Counted from the stretch's first letter, positions 30,570 through 41,493 are shown. The stretch is DNA of 64,000 bases from Bacteroidales bacterium (GCA_035389045.1 DAOORA010000018.1:1-64000); one strand, 5' to 3'. Notes: a model not told the origin generated them from the sequence alone. Numbers and translations: made by a program.

Positions 30570-32117
30570 TTAAAATGGGGGGATACCGTGTTTTTTCAGA
30601 GGCCGGTCTTCTTTTTTCTGAGCGGATATCTCAATGGCATGAAGAATAAATTCCCTTGTTTTCAGGGGTTCGATCACCGCATCAACATATCCGTATGCTG
30701 CTGCGACGTATGGATTGGCAAATTTTTCCTTGTATTCCTCAATTTTTTTCTTCCGTGCTTCTTCGGGATTAGGCGAATTCTGGATTTCATTACGGAAAAT
30801 GATATTTGCAGCGCCTTCAGGACCCATGACAGCTATTTCTGCCGTTGGCCATGCCAGGACAAAGTCGGCTCTCAGGTGATTGGAACACATGGCGATATAT
30901 CCGCCCCCGTAAGCTTTCCGGAGTATTACGGTGATCTTGGGAACGGTGGCTTCGGAATAGGCATAAAGCACTTTGGCGCCATGACGTATCACCCCGGCAT
31001 GTTCCTGGTCAATACCTGGCAGGTATCCCGGCAGGTCGACCAGCGTGATCAGCGGAATATTGAATGCATCGCAGAAACGTATAAAACGTGCAGCCTTATC
31101 CGAAGAATCTACATCGAGAACGCCGGCAAGCACCTTGGGCTGGTTGGCAACAAATCCCACAGACTGTCCGTTCATCCGGGCAAACCCGATAATGATGTTG
31201 GCTGCAAAAAGCTCCTGTACTTCAAAAAAATCAGAATCATCACAAATAGCTTTGATGATATGCCGGACATCGTAAGGTTTTTTGGAATCGGTAGGGAAGA
31301 TATCCGAAATCTTATAAACTTTGTTTTTAGGATTTTTTATCGGGAACGGCTCAGCCTTCTTAGTGTTGTTCCAAGGGATGAAAGACATCAGCTTTTTGAT
31401 CTGTTCAAAACATTCGTGTTCACTTTCGGCAAAGAAATGAGCATTACCTGTTATTTCAGAATGTACCAGCGCCCCGCCGAGATCTTCCATAGAGATGTCT
31501 TCACCCAGCACCGTTTTAATGACTTCCGGACCGGTGATAAACATCTTGGATATTTTATCCACCACAAAGACAAAATCGGTGAGGGCCGGCGAATACACGG
31601 CACCTCCGGCACACGGCCCGAGGATCACGGATATTTGGGGAATGACACCGGAAGCAAGTGTGTTGCGGAAAAAAATTTCACCATAACCCGCCAGAGAATT
31701 AACGCCTTCCTGAATACGTGCACCGCCACTGTCATTAATGCCTATCAGGGGCACTTTCAGTTTCATGGCATGATCCATGATCTTGGTGATTTTTTTGGCA
31801 TGCATGAACCCCAGGGAGCCGCCGGCAACCGTAAAATCCTGGGCATAAATACAAACCGGATACCCGTTAATAGTTCCTGTTCCCGTAACCACACCATCGC
31901 CGGGCAGGTATTTTTTGTCCATGTCGAAATCTTTTCCGGCATGTTCTACAAAGAGATCGTATTCATGAAAAGAACCCGAATCGATTACTGCCAGAATTCG
32001 TTCCCGGGCAGTCATTTTTCCGGTCGCCTTCTGCTTTTCAATAGCTTTTTCCCCTCCCCCCTGCAAAGCGCCCTGCATTTTACGTTTCAGTTCAAGAGTC
32101 TTTTGCCGCAGTGTCAT
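30570..32117 (-). CDS. Acyl-CoA carboxylase beta / methylmalonyl-CoA carboxyltransferase subunit
   Basis: DSGGARIQEG, GPCAGGAVYSPALTD, LRKAYGGGY, KKHGIPPF. Confidence 0.93.
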   Translation of the reverse strand: MTLRQKTLELKRKMQGALQGGGEKAIEKQKATGKMTARERILAVIDSGSFHEYDLFVEHAGKDFDMDKKYLPGDGVVTGTGTINGYPVCIYAQDFTVAGGSLGFMHAKKITKIMDHAMKLKVPLIGINDSGGARIQEGVNSLAGYGEIFFRNTLASGVIPQISVILGPCAGGAVYSPALTDFVFVVDKISKMFITGPEVIKTVLGEDISMEDLGGALVHSEITGNAHFFAESEHECFEQIKKLMSFIPWNNTKKAEPFPIKNPKNKVYKISDIFPTDSKKPYDVRHIIKAICDDSDFFEVQELFAANIIIGFARMNGQSVGFVANQPKVLAGVLDVDSSDKAARFIRFCDAFNIPLITLVDLPGYLPGIDQEHAGVIRHGAKVLYAYSEATVPKITVILRKAYGGGYIAMCSNHLRADFVLAWPTAEIAVMGPEGAANIIFRNEIQNSPNPEEARKKKIEEYKEKFANPYVAAAYGYVDAVIEPLKTREFILHAIEISAQKKEDRPLKKHGIPPF

Positions 32118-32463
32118 GTCTGGTGTTTGTATAATATTAAAAAAATCTTTTAAAACTTACAAAGGTATTATTTTTTATCGCGGAAAAATTTACTTTTTTG
32201 TTAAGCAATGTTAAACACCCCATATAAAAATTTTACTATTGCTTGTTTGCTTGCTTTGTCAAAAAATATTGCGGTTATTGCTATCCTGAACAATTCAAGA
32301 AAATAAGATAAAACTTCTCCGTGACGCTCTTTGAAAGATCCGGCGTTTCTTTGCGTTCTTTTTATTACACAGCGGTGCTGAGAAAACGTAAATTTGTGAA
32401 TTGATCAAACTATGCTGATTTTCACTGTAAAAGTCTTATATTTTGTTTAAAATTATATGATTA

Positions 32464-35400
32464 TCAATGAATTAATTTCAGAATCAGGCATTTTGATTTA
32501 TTCAAACCGGTAAATTCAAGTTTAAAAGTATACATACCCGCAGGTTGGTCCTTTTGTGAGAACATTACAGAATGCTTTCCGCTTGTCTGGGCTTCATTTA
32601 TAACTTCAGACACAAGTTCGCCAATGGCATTATATACTTTCAGTTTTACGGTTCCGTTTTCAGGTATCTTGTATGTCAAAGTAGCATCATCACTGAACGG
32701 GTTGGGATAGCCTGCAAACTCGAATTCCGGATCATTGTTATCGCCCTGAACAAAAATTTTTGGCATTAACAGAAAAGCATCATCGTTTTCTTCGCCATAC
32801 ATGTCGCCAATAACACCAGATCCGCTCAACGTAAATTCAACCTCTCCCTGTACCAGATCATTGACAGACCGGAAACCAAGTGTAACCAATTCGTCATTGG
32901 CAGCCACATTAAAATGATTTGTGGTGGCAAATACGACTCTGATCACTCCATCTTCATCAGTAACCAGCAGGTCATTATCGTCAGCTATGATTTCTTCCAT
33001 TGAGGGGTTGATCTTGACCTGACCATTTTTGCTGCTCGTTTTAGGCATGAAAACGTTTACAAGCATGAAATCTTTGTCAGGATAATTCAGTTCAAGACCT
33101 AATGCAGAGAAATCTTTCATCTTAGCGCTTATACGCAAGGGTACTTCAAAATATTCATTACCTGTTGTCATTATCGACTCGTCAGACTGCACGATGATAT
33201 TTTCAGGTAATGATTTTGCAGAATTCCATGTTGCTGATGAATCGCGGTATTTGCTACTGGAGGCATTATAATCACCGTAGCAAATTGTTTTCAGATTTAT
33301 AATTATGTCTGAACCAGCAATAGTGACCAGCGTATCTATGGCGACCCAATTACCTTTAGGAAAGTTTTTGACCGGATTTGTAGGTGAACCTACCTTGGCT
33401 TTTATTCTGGAAATATCAATAGAGTTGATAGACAGGAAGTTGTCTACATTAGCTGCTTTCTTATATTTTGCGGAAAAATTTCTTGAAGGATCAGTGATCG
33501 TATCAGCGCCAATGTAATATTTCACCAGTGTTACATCAATTGCATTGATATCATTGCATATCTGCATTGTATCAGCAGTGTACTTATCGTAAGACAGTAC
33601 ATAGTTGCCGTCCATGACATTAGCGAAATGATAATTTCCTGTAGCATCGCTCGTATCTCTTGCCTGTTCTGTTCCTTCAGGATAATGCTTTAGAATGACG
33701 ATCACGTGATCGATATTGTATATTACTGAATTATATGTAGGGTGATTTGGCGCCGGATTCCCTGCGACGGCCCTGGCAAGATAATGAGTTTTTCCGGTGA
33801 TGGTATGTCCGAGTCCACCAAAAGTAATTGTAACTGTATCGGTAGCGATACAGCCATTGTTGTTGACTGATAAGGTATAGGTTGTAGTAGTTGCTGGTGA
33901 TGCTAAGGGTTGGGCAATAGTAGTATCGCTTAATCCTGCTGCTGGCGACCAGCTTATAGTTCCCGGGCCGTTGTTAGGATTACCTATAAGTATAGGGGTG
34001 CCGGTATATATTGCTGTTGCACCCGCTTCTGCTGTTGGTAGCGGGTTAACTACTATATGGATCATATTTGACCATGCTGGATTATTTATCACACAGGCTT
34101 CGTTAGAAGTAACCCTGCATTTTATAGAATCTCCATTATTCAGAGAACTGTTAGAATAAGTAATGTCGGTGCCTACGAGAGTGTCATTCAGATACCATTG
34201 ATATGCAGGTGCAGCGCCGCCATTAACAGGTGTTGCCGTATAAGTGACACTTGTTCCCGCGCATATCGGGCCTGATGGATTTGAGGATATGCTCACGCCG
34301 ACAGGTATAGAGGAGGAAATATATAGAAGAGCATGCTCACTGGAAGTATATCCGGCACTATCTGAAACAAAACAGGTATAACTCCCGGTATCGGCCAGAG
34401 TTGCATTATTTATAACAAGGGTATCATTTGTTGCGCCAATAATATTAGAACCATCTTTTTTCCATTGATATTTAATTGGCAATGAAATACAATCTGATGT
34501 TTTTACATTAAACATTACGTTACCTCCAATACAACTTGTCTGACTATCTGGTTGATAAGTAATTATTGGACCATCACCAATATATCTGGCTACAGCAAAA
34601 TCATGATCTAACCCATTATGAGATACCCCTGCTACAACAATTTTTCCGTCATTTTGAACAGAAACTGCTTTGGCGTCGTCAATATGACTTCCGATAGCAG
34701 TTGTAAGTATTCCATCATCAGAAAAAGTACTGTCAAGTGCGCCATTTGTACTATAACGTACTAATGCAAAACCACCATATGAGCTACCGGCCACAATGAT
34801 TTTTCCATCTGCCTGCATTGCAACTGAATACCCCCAATCATAAGTACTACCAATATCAGTAGTAACTTTCCCATCATTAGAAAAAGTATTATCAAGTGTG
34901 CCATTAGTATTATAACGTACTAATGCAAAATCATTATTTGAACCATTATTTGAACTACCGGCCACAATAATTTTTCCATCAGCTTGCACTACTACCGAAT
35001 AACCAAAGTCATCACTACTTCCAATGCTAGTAGTAACTTTCCCATCACCAGAAAAAGTATTGTCAAGTGTTCCATTTGCATTATAACGGACAACAGCAAA
35101 ATCATAATTTGACCCATTATCTGAAATCCCTGCAACAATAATTTTCCCATCTGCCTGCAATGCTGCTGAATATGCATAATCATAACTTCCAATAGAAGTA
35201 GTTACTTTCCCATCCCCTGAAAAAGTATTGTCAAGTGTGCCATTTGCATTATAACGGACAACAGCAAAATCATAAGAAAAATTATAATAATACCCTGCTA
35301 CAACAATTTTACCATCTGTTTGCATTACTACCGACATTCCTAAGTCAGCATCACTTCCAATGGCAGTTGTAGCTATTCCATCATCAGAGAAGGTACTGTC

Positions 35401-38400
35401 AGGTGTTCCATCTGTATTATAACGAATTACAACAAAATCTTCATTCGTACCATTATTGTAATATCCTGCTAAAATGATTTTTCCATCGGATTGTAATGCT
35501 ATAGATTTTCCTTCATCATAATTACCAAAATCCGTAGTAACAATTCCATCTGTAGAAAATGTATTATCAAGTACACCATCTGTATTATATCGGACTAAAG
35601 TAAATTTTCCAAAAGAACTATTTCCAGCAACAACAATTTTTCCATCTTCCTGTACTGCCACCGCACGCCCCCAATCATAATCACCAATAGGTGTTGTAAC
35701 TATCCCAGTTCCATTAAAGCTTAAGTCAAGAGAACCGGGCGAATTATTAGTAATTACTATATCATTTGATATACCAGCAACACAGGAAATATTTGATGTT
35801 AAAACGCATGTAATAACATCTCCATTAATTAATGTTGAAGTAGTAAAGGATGAATCATTGGTTCCTGTATTAACCCCATTAACTTTCCATTGATATAAAG
35901 GTAAAATAACATCATTGGAAGTATTGGCAATAAAAGTTAAATTAGTACCTGTACATATTGTTGACGTTGGAATTACAGAAATATTCAAACCAATATCAGG
36001 TACTGCCACCTCGATACTCTGTGGTGGTCCACTGCCGCATTTATTAAAAGGAGTTACCGTAATATTGCCACTTCCGTATCCAGTTGTTACTGTAATAATA
36101 TTAGTTGAATCCCCATTTGTTATTTGCCAACCAGCAGGTAACGTCCAGTTGTACAATACGCCATCTATATATGGAACACTATATGTCTGTGTGCTATTTA
36201 CACAGGGGGATAAAGAACCTGTTATTGAGGTGGGTTGCACAGGTTGCTCACACTTATCAACTTGAACACTATCGACAAACCAAACATCACCACTATATTG
36301 AACAATAACAAAAGCCAAAAATACCGATTGCCCCAAGAAAGTATCAAGATCAATTATTCTTTTTGTATATTCTGTTCCAAAAGATGTCTCATTATATGAT
36401 ACGATATCAGTAAAACTACCCAGGTCCGTTTGTGATGTTGTTGAGACTTTTATTTTATAAGTAGCACCAAAATCAGTTAAATCCCATTGTTTTTCATAAA
36501 AAATCAATTTATTACCGCTTGAATCAAGTCTGATACGCGGAGTAACAAGCCAGTGCTCTTTAAATACAGAAGGATTAGGATCAGGCATTGCATAAGCACA
36601 GCCCGTGCCTTCATATGTTTGACCAGTAATTCTTACCCAATTGTCTTCTGTACCCGTAATTCCGTTAGTTACGTTATAAGAAATCCAGCAAGACGGTGGA
36701 AAAATATCATTATTAAAAAGTTCAATAAAAGGCAAATCAGAAGGAGGTATTGTCGTATGCAGAATCGAATTTGATGTTACAACCGGGCTTCCTGATATGC
36801 AGGAAGCATTTGATGTCAATACACATATAACTGTATCTCCACTAGCCAATGTTGAACTTGAAAATGAAGAACTATTTGCTCCAACATCTGAACCATTGAC
36901 ATTCCATTGATAAATAGGCGAAATCCCTTCATTATTAGGACTTGCCGTATAAGTATAACTGGCACCCTCCTGGCATATTGTGTTCGCAGATATAATTATG
37001 CTGACAGGCAAGTTGGGAAATATAGTTATTTCATTTGAAATAGCAGGATTTCCAGATGCACAAATAGAATTGGATATCAGTTCACAACTTATAATATCTC
37101 CGTCCACTAATGTTGAACTTGTAAAAGAAGAACTATTTGTCCCGACATCTGAACCATTCACCTTCCATTGATAAATAGGTGCATCTCCTCCATTTGTCGG
37201 GGTTGCCGTGAAGGTAACATTTTCACCAGCGCATATCATTCCAGATGGATTTGATGATATGCTCACGTTGACAGGTGCAGAGTTATTAACAGTTACTGCT
37301 AAATTTTGTGTAGCACCATTGCCGCAAATATTGCTTGGTGTTACAGTGATATTGCCGCTTTGTGAACCAACAATAACAAATTCAGAACTTGTTTGTTGTG
37401 AAATCCAATTTGTTCCGCCATTGCTCGTTTTAAGAATTGTTGCATAACTACCAGTAACATAGCCTGTAGTTGCATCGGTGAAATAAACTGAAGATAAATA
37501 GTTCGTTGTCCCGCTTATTTGTGTTATCCAGGTTGCGCCACCATTGATTGTTTTAAGAATTATTCCATTTTCTCCAACAGCGTAACCCGTATCGGCATCA
37601 ATAAAAAATACGCAATTTAATTGATTATATGTTCCACTTATTTGAGTTGACCAGTTTGTTCCTCCATTGATTGTTTTAAGAATTGTTCCTGTTCCATTCA
37701 TATAATTATACCCGACAGCATATCCAGTATTGGCATCAGTGAAATATACAGAACTCAATCTTTCGGTTCCACTTCTTAACAAAGTCCAATTACTTCCCCC
37801 ATCAATAGTTTTTATAATATTACCATTAAATCCCACTACATACCCGGTATTGATATTAGTAAAATTAGCAGAACATAAATAACTGGTGGCATTGGTTGCA
37901 AGAACCGCCCAATTATTTCCACCATCCGTGGTTTTAATAATTCTTGCCTCAAAATCTACTGCATATCCATTATTTGAATCAGTGAAGTATACAGAAAATA
38001 AATCATAAGAATTACTAATAGATAGATCAGTCCAAACAAGACCTCCATTGCTTGTTTTTAGAATTGTTCCATTAAAGCCAACAGCATAACCGGTATTGGC
38101 ATCGGTAAAATAAACAGAAATCAGAGTGTTAATAGTTCCACTTGTTTGTGCTGTCCAGTCATTACCAGCATTTGTGGTTTTTAAAATCGTCCCACTAACG
38201 CCTACTGCATAACCTGTGTTGACATCGGTGAAGAAAATACAATAAATACTGTTTAGACCAGATTGGCTCCATCCTGATGGGAATGTCCAATTGTATGTTA
38301 CTCCAGCTATATTTGATAAACTATATATTTGTGTACTGCCTTGGCAAACTTCTGTGGGTCCCGATATAGTGCCCATCATTGGATATTGATTTACAATAAC

Positions 38401-39156
38401 ACTAACAGCAAGAGTTGTAGCATTACCATTGCACCCATTGGGAGAATTAACAGTGCAGGAATAATTGCCGGAATCAGTTACAATAATTGATTGGGATGTA
38501 GCTCCTGTACTCCATAAATAACCGCTTCCGGGAGTAGCGGTTAAAACCACACTGTCGCCCTGGCAAAATGTAGTAGGTCCATTTGCAGTAATAAGTGCAG
38601 AGGGGGTGGAGCTTATTATAACCAACATAGAATCCGTTTTACCACATCCATTGGTATCTGTTATGATACAATGATATTGGCCAGAAATAGCAACCGTAGC
38701 ATTTGTAATAGAGGGATTTTGAGATGTTGAAGTAAAACTATTAGGCCCAGTCCAACTATAAGAAGCGCCCGAAACATTATTCGCCACCAAATTTAAAGTC
38801 AGCCCTTCACATAAAGGACTGTTTGCTGAAAGGGATAATGGTGGGATGGGGTTTACATTTATTGTCAAAACATTTGAGCCCAAATATGATTCATCCGGGA
38901 ATACAAATAATCCTTGCACATAAATAGTCTGACTAGGATAAAATGTAGTATTATTAAGTGTTTGCCAATTTGAACCGTTATAAGAATAATACCAATGATT
39001 TATACAATTACCCGATACAGTAACAGGATCATTTTCGCAAACATTTAAACTTGAAGCCCAAATAGTAACAGGCCAACATTGAGAGAATCCTTTAAAAGGA
39101 ATGAATAAGATAACTATGAATAGAGGTTTAAAAAAAAAGTTTTTGATTTTTTTCAT
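32464..39156 (-). CDS. 2230-aa modular T9SS type A substrate (Ig/PKD repeats, YCF48-like propeller, cleaved-adhesin-like domain, delta-60 repeats, dockerin-like and cohesin-like regions, CTD)
   Basis: Signal peptide GFS-Q; repeats FTDANTGYAVG..GTILKT..GG.NW; EHWLVTPRI; repeats Q.DGKIIVAG...DFAVVRYN.NGTLDNTFS.DG; C-terminal YPNPFS...AGMYTF. Confidence 0.85.
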   Translation of the reverse strand: MKKIKNFFFKPLFIVILFIPFKGFSQCWPVTIWASSLNVCENDPVTVSGNCINHWYYSYNGSNWQTLNNTTFYPSQTIYVQGLFVFPDESYLGSNVLTINVNPIPPLSLSANSPLCEGLTLNLVANNVSGASYSWTGPNSFTSTSQNPSITNATVAISGQYHCIITDTNGCGKTDSMLVIISSTPSALITANGPTTFCQGDSVVLTATPGSGYLWSTGATSQSIIVTDSGNYSCTVNSPNGCNGNATTLAVSVIVNQYPMMGTISGPTEVCQGSTQIYSLSNIAGVTYNWTFPSGWSQSGLNSIYCIFFTDVNTGYAVGVSGTILKTTNAGNDWTAQTSGTINTLISVYFTDANTGYAVGFNGTILKTSNGGLVWTDLSISNSYDLFSVYFTDSNNGYAVDFEARIIKTTDGGNNWAVLATNATSYLCSANFTNINTGYVVGFNGNIIKTIDGGSNWTLLRSGTERLSSVYFTDANTGYAVGYNYMNGTGTILKTINGGTNWSTQISGTYNQLNCVFFIDADTGYAVGENGIILKTINGGATWITQISGTTNYLSSVYFTDATTGYVTGSYATILKTSNGGTNWISQQTSSEFVIVGSQSGNITVTPSNICGNGATQNLAVTVNNSAPVNVSISSNPSGMICAGENVTFTATPTNGGDAPIYQWKVNGSDVGTNSSSFTSSTLVDGDIISCELISNSICASGNPAISNEITIFPNLPVSIIISANTICQEGASYTYTASPNNEGISPIYQWNVNGSDVGANSSSFSSSTLASGDTVICVLTSNASCISGSPVVTSNSILHTTIPPSDLPFIELFNNDIFPPSCWISYNVTNGITGTEDNWVRITGQTYEGTGCAYAMPDPNPSVFKEHWLVTPRIRLDSSGNKLIFYEKQWDLTDFGATYKIKVSTTSQTDLGSFTDIVSYNETSFGTEYTKRIIDLDTFLGQSVFLAFVIVQYSGDVWFVDSVQVDKCEQPVQPTSITGSLSPCVNSTQTYSVPYIDGVLYNWTLPAGWQITNGDSTNIITVTTGYGSGNITVTPFNKCGSGPPQSIEVAVPDIGLNISVIPTSTICTGTNLTFIANTSNDVILPLYQWKVNGVNTGTNDSSFTTSTLINGDVITCVLTSNISCVAGISNDIVITNNSPGSLDLSFNGTGIVTTPIGDYDWGRAVAVQEDGKIVVAGNSSFGKFTLVRYNTDGVLDNTFSTDGIVTTDFGNYDEGKSIALQSDGKIILAGYYNNGTNEDFVVIRYNTDGTPDSTFSDDGIATTAIGSDADLGMSVVMQTDGKIVVAGYYYNFSYDFAVVRYNANGTLDNTFSGDGKVTTSIGSYDYAYSAALQADGKIIVAGISDNGSNYDFAVVRYNANGTLDNTFSGDGKVTTSIGSSDDFGYSVVVQADGKIIVAGSSNNGSNNDFALVRYNTNGTLDNTFSNDGKVTTDIGSTYDWGYSVAMQADGKIIVAGSSYGGFALVRYSTNGALDSTFSDDGILTTAIGSHIDDAKAVSVQNDGKIVVAGVSHNGLDHDFAVARYIGDGPIITYQPDSQTSCIGGNVMFNVKTSDCISLPIKYQWKKDGSNIIGATNDTLVINNATLADTGSYTCFVSDSAGYTSSEHALLYISSSIPVGVSISSNPSGPICAGTSVTYTATPVNGGAAPAYQWYLNDTLVGTDITYSNSSLNNGDSIKCRVTSNEACVINNPAWSNMIHIVVNPLPTAEAGATAIYTGTPILIGNPNNGPGTISWSPAAGLSDTTIAQPLASPATTTTYTLSVNNNGCIATDTVTITFGGLGHTITGKTHYLARAVAGNPAPNHPTYNSVIYNIDHVIVILKHYPEGTEQARDTSDATGNYHFANVMDGNYVLSYDKYTADTMQICNDINAIDVTLVKYYIGADTITDPSRNFSAKYKKAANVDNFLSINSIDISRIKAKVGSPTNPVKNFPKGNWVAIDTLVTIAGSDIIINLKTICYGDYNASSSKYRDSSATWNSAKSLPENIIVQSDESIMTTGNEYFEVPLRISAKMKDFSALGLELNYPDKDFMLVNVFMPKTSSKNGQVKINPSMEEIIADDNDLLVTDEDGVIRVVFATTNHFNVAANDELVTLGFRSVNDLVQGEVEFTLSGSGVIGDMYGEENDDAFLLMPKIFVQGDNNDPEFEFAGYPNPFSDDATLTYKIPENGTVKLKVYNAIGELVSEVINEAQTSGKHSVMFSQKDQPAGMYTFKLEFTGLNKSKCLILKLIH
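34580..35730 (-). repeat. About seven delta-60-type repeats (~55 aa), some nearly identical in DNA
   Basis: e.g. GAAAAAGTATTGTCAAGTGT.CCATTTGCATTATAACGGACAACAGCAAAATCATAA occurs at ~35051 and ~35219. Confidence 0.85.
37395..38265 (-). repeat. Seven ~41-aa YCF48/BNR-like propeller repeats
   Basis: Repeated (S/C)VYFTD.NTGYAVG..G.ILKT.NGG..W. Confidence 0.85.
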
Positions 39157-39292
39157 AGCAATATTATTGGGGGATGATGATTTTTTTTAAATTCTTGCGT
39201 CAATTTTAAATTCTTTATACCATATTTTTTATAAAACAATATTAATAAAAATTTGTTAACCAAAATTTATTTTATAAATGAATTATTGTAAT

Positions 39293-40147
39293 TTAAAAGT
39301 AATTCGTCATATTTTCCTTTGTTGGAGTAATTGTTATGTCCATAATTATCCATACAATGCAAGTCTCTTTAAAAGAACCATTTTTAGGGATTATTTTGAA
39401 TTGACAATAATTTTTACCATCCTTTGTTTTTTCTTTATATTGTACCTCTTGTACTATATTTAAACCTTGCTTAATCTTAACCTTGTAATTATCCATTTTA
39501 ATACCTTCAGGCAAATTTTCAACAATCACAACGCTATCTTTAATTTCATCTTTACGACAGACAATTTCTGTCCTTAGTAAAATCTTTTTATGAAAGGACA
39601 AACCATAACCATTGCCTGTCGAATCACATTTCTCATCAATGACGAATTTCTTTTCATGAACCGGACGCAATGAAATTAAAAGTAATGCAGACGAGGCGCC
39701 GCCAGCGTTAACTAATGCAATAACAACCGCATCAAGTGCTAACACAGATATGTCATAGATTAAGTTGCCAACATTAAATTTGTAAAAATATTTGTCTGTC
39801 AAAACAAAGGAATATTTTTTATTTGATTTTCCATTTTTGATTTTTTGTTTACGCTCCATTAAATATGTCTTTTCTTTGTCACTTCTGTCTTTTTTGATCT
39901 TTTTAATTTTTGCCCGATCAAGTTCTGCTGTATCGTTTTTTAATGAAAATGTTATGTCATTATATGGCACAATAACAGTATTGCTATCTTTTTTATAATA
40001 AGCAAATGTTTCATTTTTCGTTATCAAGCTGTCCGGCACATTGCTCTTTTTATGTATTCCTCCGGTTTTAAGATATGCCACAGGAACTGTTTTGCATGAT
40101 GTGGCGACTATTAACAAAATACTTACTAAAAGAATTATTTTTTTCAT
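39293..40147 (-). CDS. Hypothetical lipoprotein with an internal hydrophobic segment
   Basis: Lipobox VATSC; SD AAGAGGA upstream; hydrophobic stretch ISVLALDAVVIALVNAGGASSALLLISL. Confidence 0.7.
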   Translation of the reverse strand: MKKIILLVSILLIVATSCKTVPVAYLKTGGIHKKSNVPDSLITKNETFAYYKKDSNTVIVPYNDITFSLKNDTAELDRAKIKKIKKDRSDKEKTYLMERKQKIKNGKSNKKYSFVLTDKYFYKFNVGNLIYDISVLALDAVVIALVNAGGASSALLLISLRPVHEKKFVIDEKCDSTGNGYGLSFHKKILLRTEIVCRKDEIKDSVVIVENLPEGIKMDNYKVKIKQGLNIVQEVQYKEKTKDGKNYCQFKIIPKNGSFKETCIVWIIMDITITPTKENMTNYF

Positions 40148-40327
40148 GATTTATTTCCTCTTGGTTTAAAATTTATTGTATTTAAAACGGATTTATATAT
40201 GGAGCATTTAGAAACTAATTTTCAGATGTTTTTTCACCCCGTCGCTAAAAAGTGAAAGATCTGAAAATCAGCAACCCTTTAGGTTTCTGGTTAACACTGA
40301 TTTTCAGTATTTTGAGGTGCCCTGCAA

Positions 40328-40723
40328 TTAATTGGTACAATATCCTTTGCCACTCTCCAGAATGTGTGACCCATTATCATCAGTCCAAATTAATTTTATC
40401 CAATAATAATTCATGAGTATATATCCCGCAGGCGCTTGATAAACAGTCGATTTGGTTTGATAGGAATTCGAATTGAATGCAAATTGTTCAGATTTTTGCA
40501 TTGTTTGGTCGCCATGATACGAATTCTCCCACCACCATTCAACGGTGACGGTAAATGTTTTTTGGGGTTTCCTTGAGAGTATCTTTCCTTCAAAGCTTGC
40601 AGAAAGAGCATCCACCTGCGAACCGCCAACGGGGCTTTGTTTGATTGATAAGGAAAGTTCTTCTTCCTTTTTGCAGCCAGCTAAAAAGATTATAGCGCTG
40701 ATAATAATAATTACTTTTTTCAT
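40328..40723 (-). CDS. Hypothetical lipoprotein, probably surface exposed
   Basis: Lipobox LAGC followed by KKEEE (export-signal-like); SD AAAGGAGGAA. Confidence 0.75.
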   Translation of the reverse strand: MKKVIIIISAIIFLAGCKKEEELSLSIKQSPVGGSQVDALSASFEGKILSRKPQKTFTVTVEWWWENSYHGDQTMQKSEQFAFNSNSYQTKSTVYQAPAGYILMNYYWIKLIWTDDNGSHILESGKGYCTN

Positions 40724-40752
40724 TTTTTGGTTCCTCCTTTTTTATTTTATGA

Positions 40753-41493
40753 TTAATTTTTAGTTCCGCTTATTGAGCAATTGAACCCCATAGAAGTACT
40801 ATTGTCCAAACTTGTGTATTTAACATAATAGTTGATGGTCAGAATATTTGATTTAGATAGGATCCCGGTTCCTTTAATAGCTATCATGGTTCCCGATCCT
40901 CTGCCTAAAGCATCATTCCATACCTGATTTGGGATAATGAAAATATTTGCAGAAGTCATGGTTGCTATGATATTTACATCCGACGATCCGACAAAATTTG
41001 ATATGAGCAATTTATTTGTGGCAGCACCCTTATAAATATTAATATGTTTGGGGGAATTTTCGGTCGTATTAATTGTGCATGAGCTATTCATATCCCAAGT
41101 CCCGACAAATTTGTCCCTGGGATCAATCGGGGCAATAAAACTTATAACAACATCATCAGAAGATGAGCCGCAATTATTTGAAATGGTCCATCTTAATGTA
41201 TAAGTAGTTCCAACGGATCCTGTAAAAGTTGTTGTGGGGTCTTTAATATCCTGAATTACCCCGTTATTCCCTTCAACAATACTCCAGAAACCCGTTCCTT
41301 CGGTTGGGTTATTGGCTGTCAGAGTTGCGGCGGTTCCCTGTACTGATAATTGATCTTGTCCTGCCGCTGCATTTGTCAGTAATGTTTTGCGGTTGCCACC
41401 AGGGTTGTTTTCTGGATTGATTTCTTCTTTTTTGCAATTTGAAAATAGAACTGCAATAAAGGTAATTGCCAAAATTAAAATCAACTTTTTCAT
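40753..41493 (-). CDS. Lipoprotein with PKD/Ig-like domain
   Basis: FSNC-KKEE; ANAG-like AAAGQDQ...GTGFWSIV...YTLRWTI; DPRDKFVGTW; SD AGGAGGA. Confidence 0.75.
   Translation of the reverse strand: MKKLILILAITFIAVLFSNCKKEEINPENNPGGNRKTLLTNAAAGQDQLSVQGTAATLTANNPTEGTGFWSIVEGNNGVIQDIKDPTTTFTGSVGTTYTLRWTISNNCGSSSDDVVISFIAPIDPRDKFVGTWDMNSSCTINTTENSPKHINIYKGAATNKLLISNFVGSSDVNIIATMTSANIFIIPNQVWNDALGRGSGTMIAIKGTGILSKSNILTINYYVKYTSLDNSTSMGFNCSISGTKN

Noticed and set aside
30588..32153. 521-aa plus-strand ORF
   Set aside because: Antisense shadow of the conserved carboxyltransferase gene, with no recognisable motifs.
34580..38265. Periodic DNA repeats as a CRISPR array
   Set aside because: They are in-frame, degenerate protein repeats (delta-60 and YCF48-like) inside one ORF.
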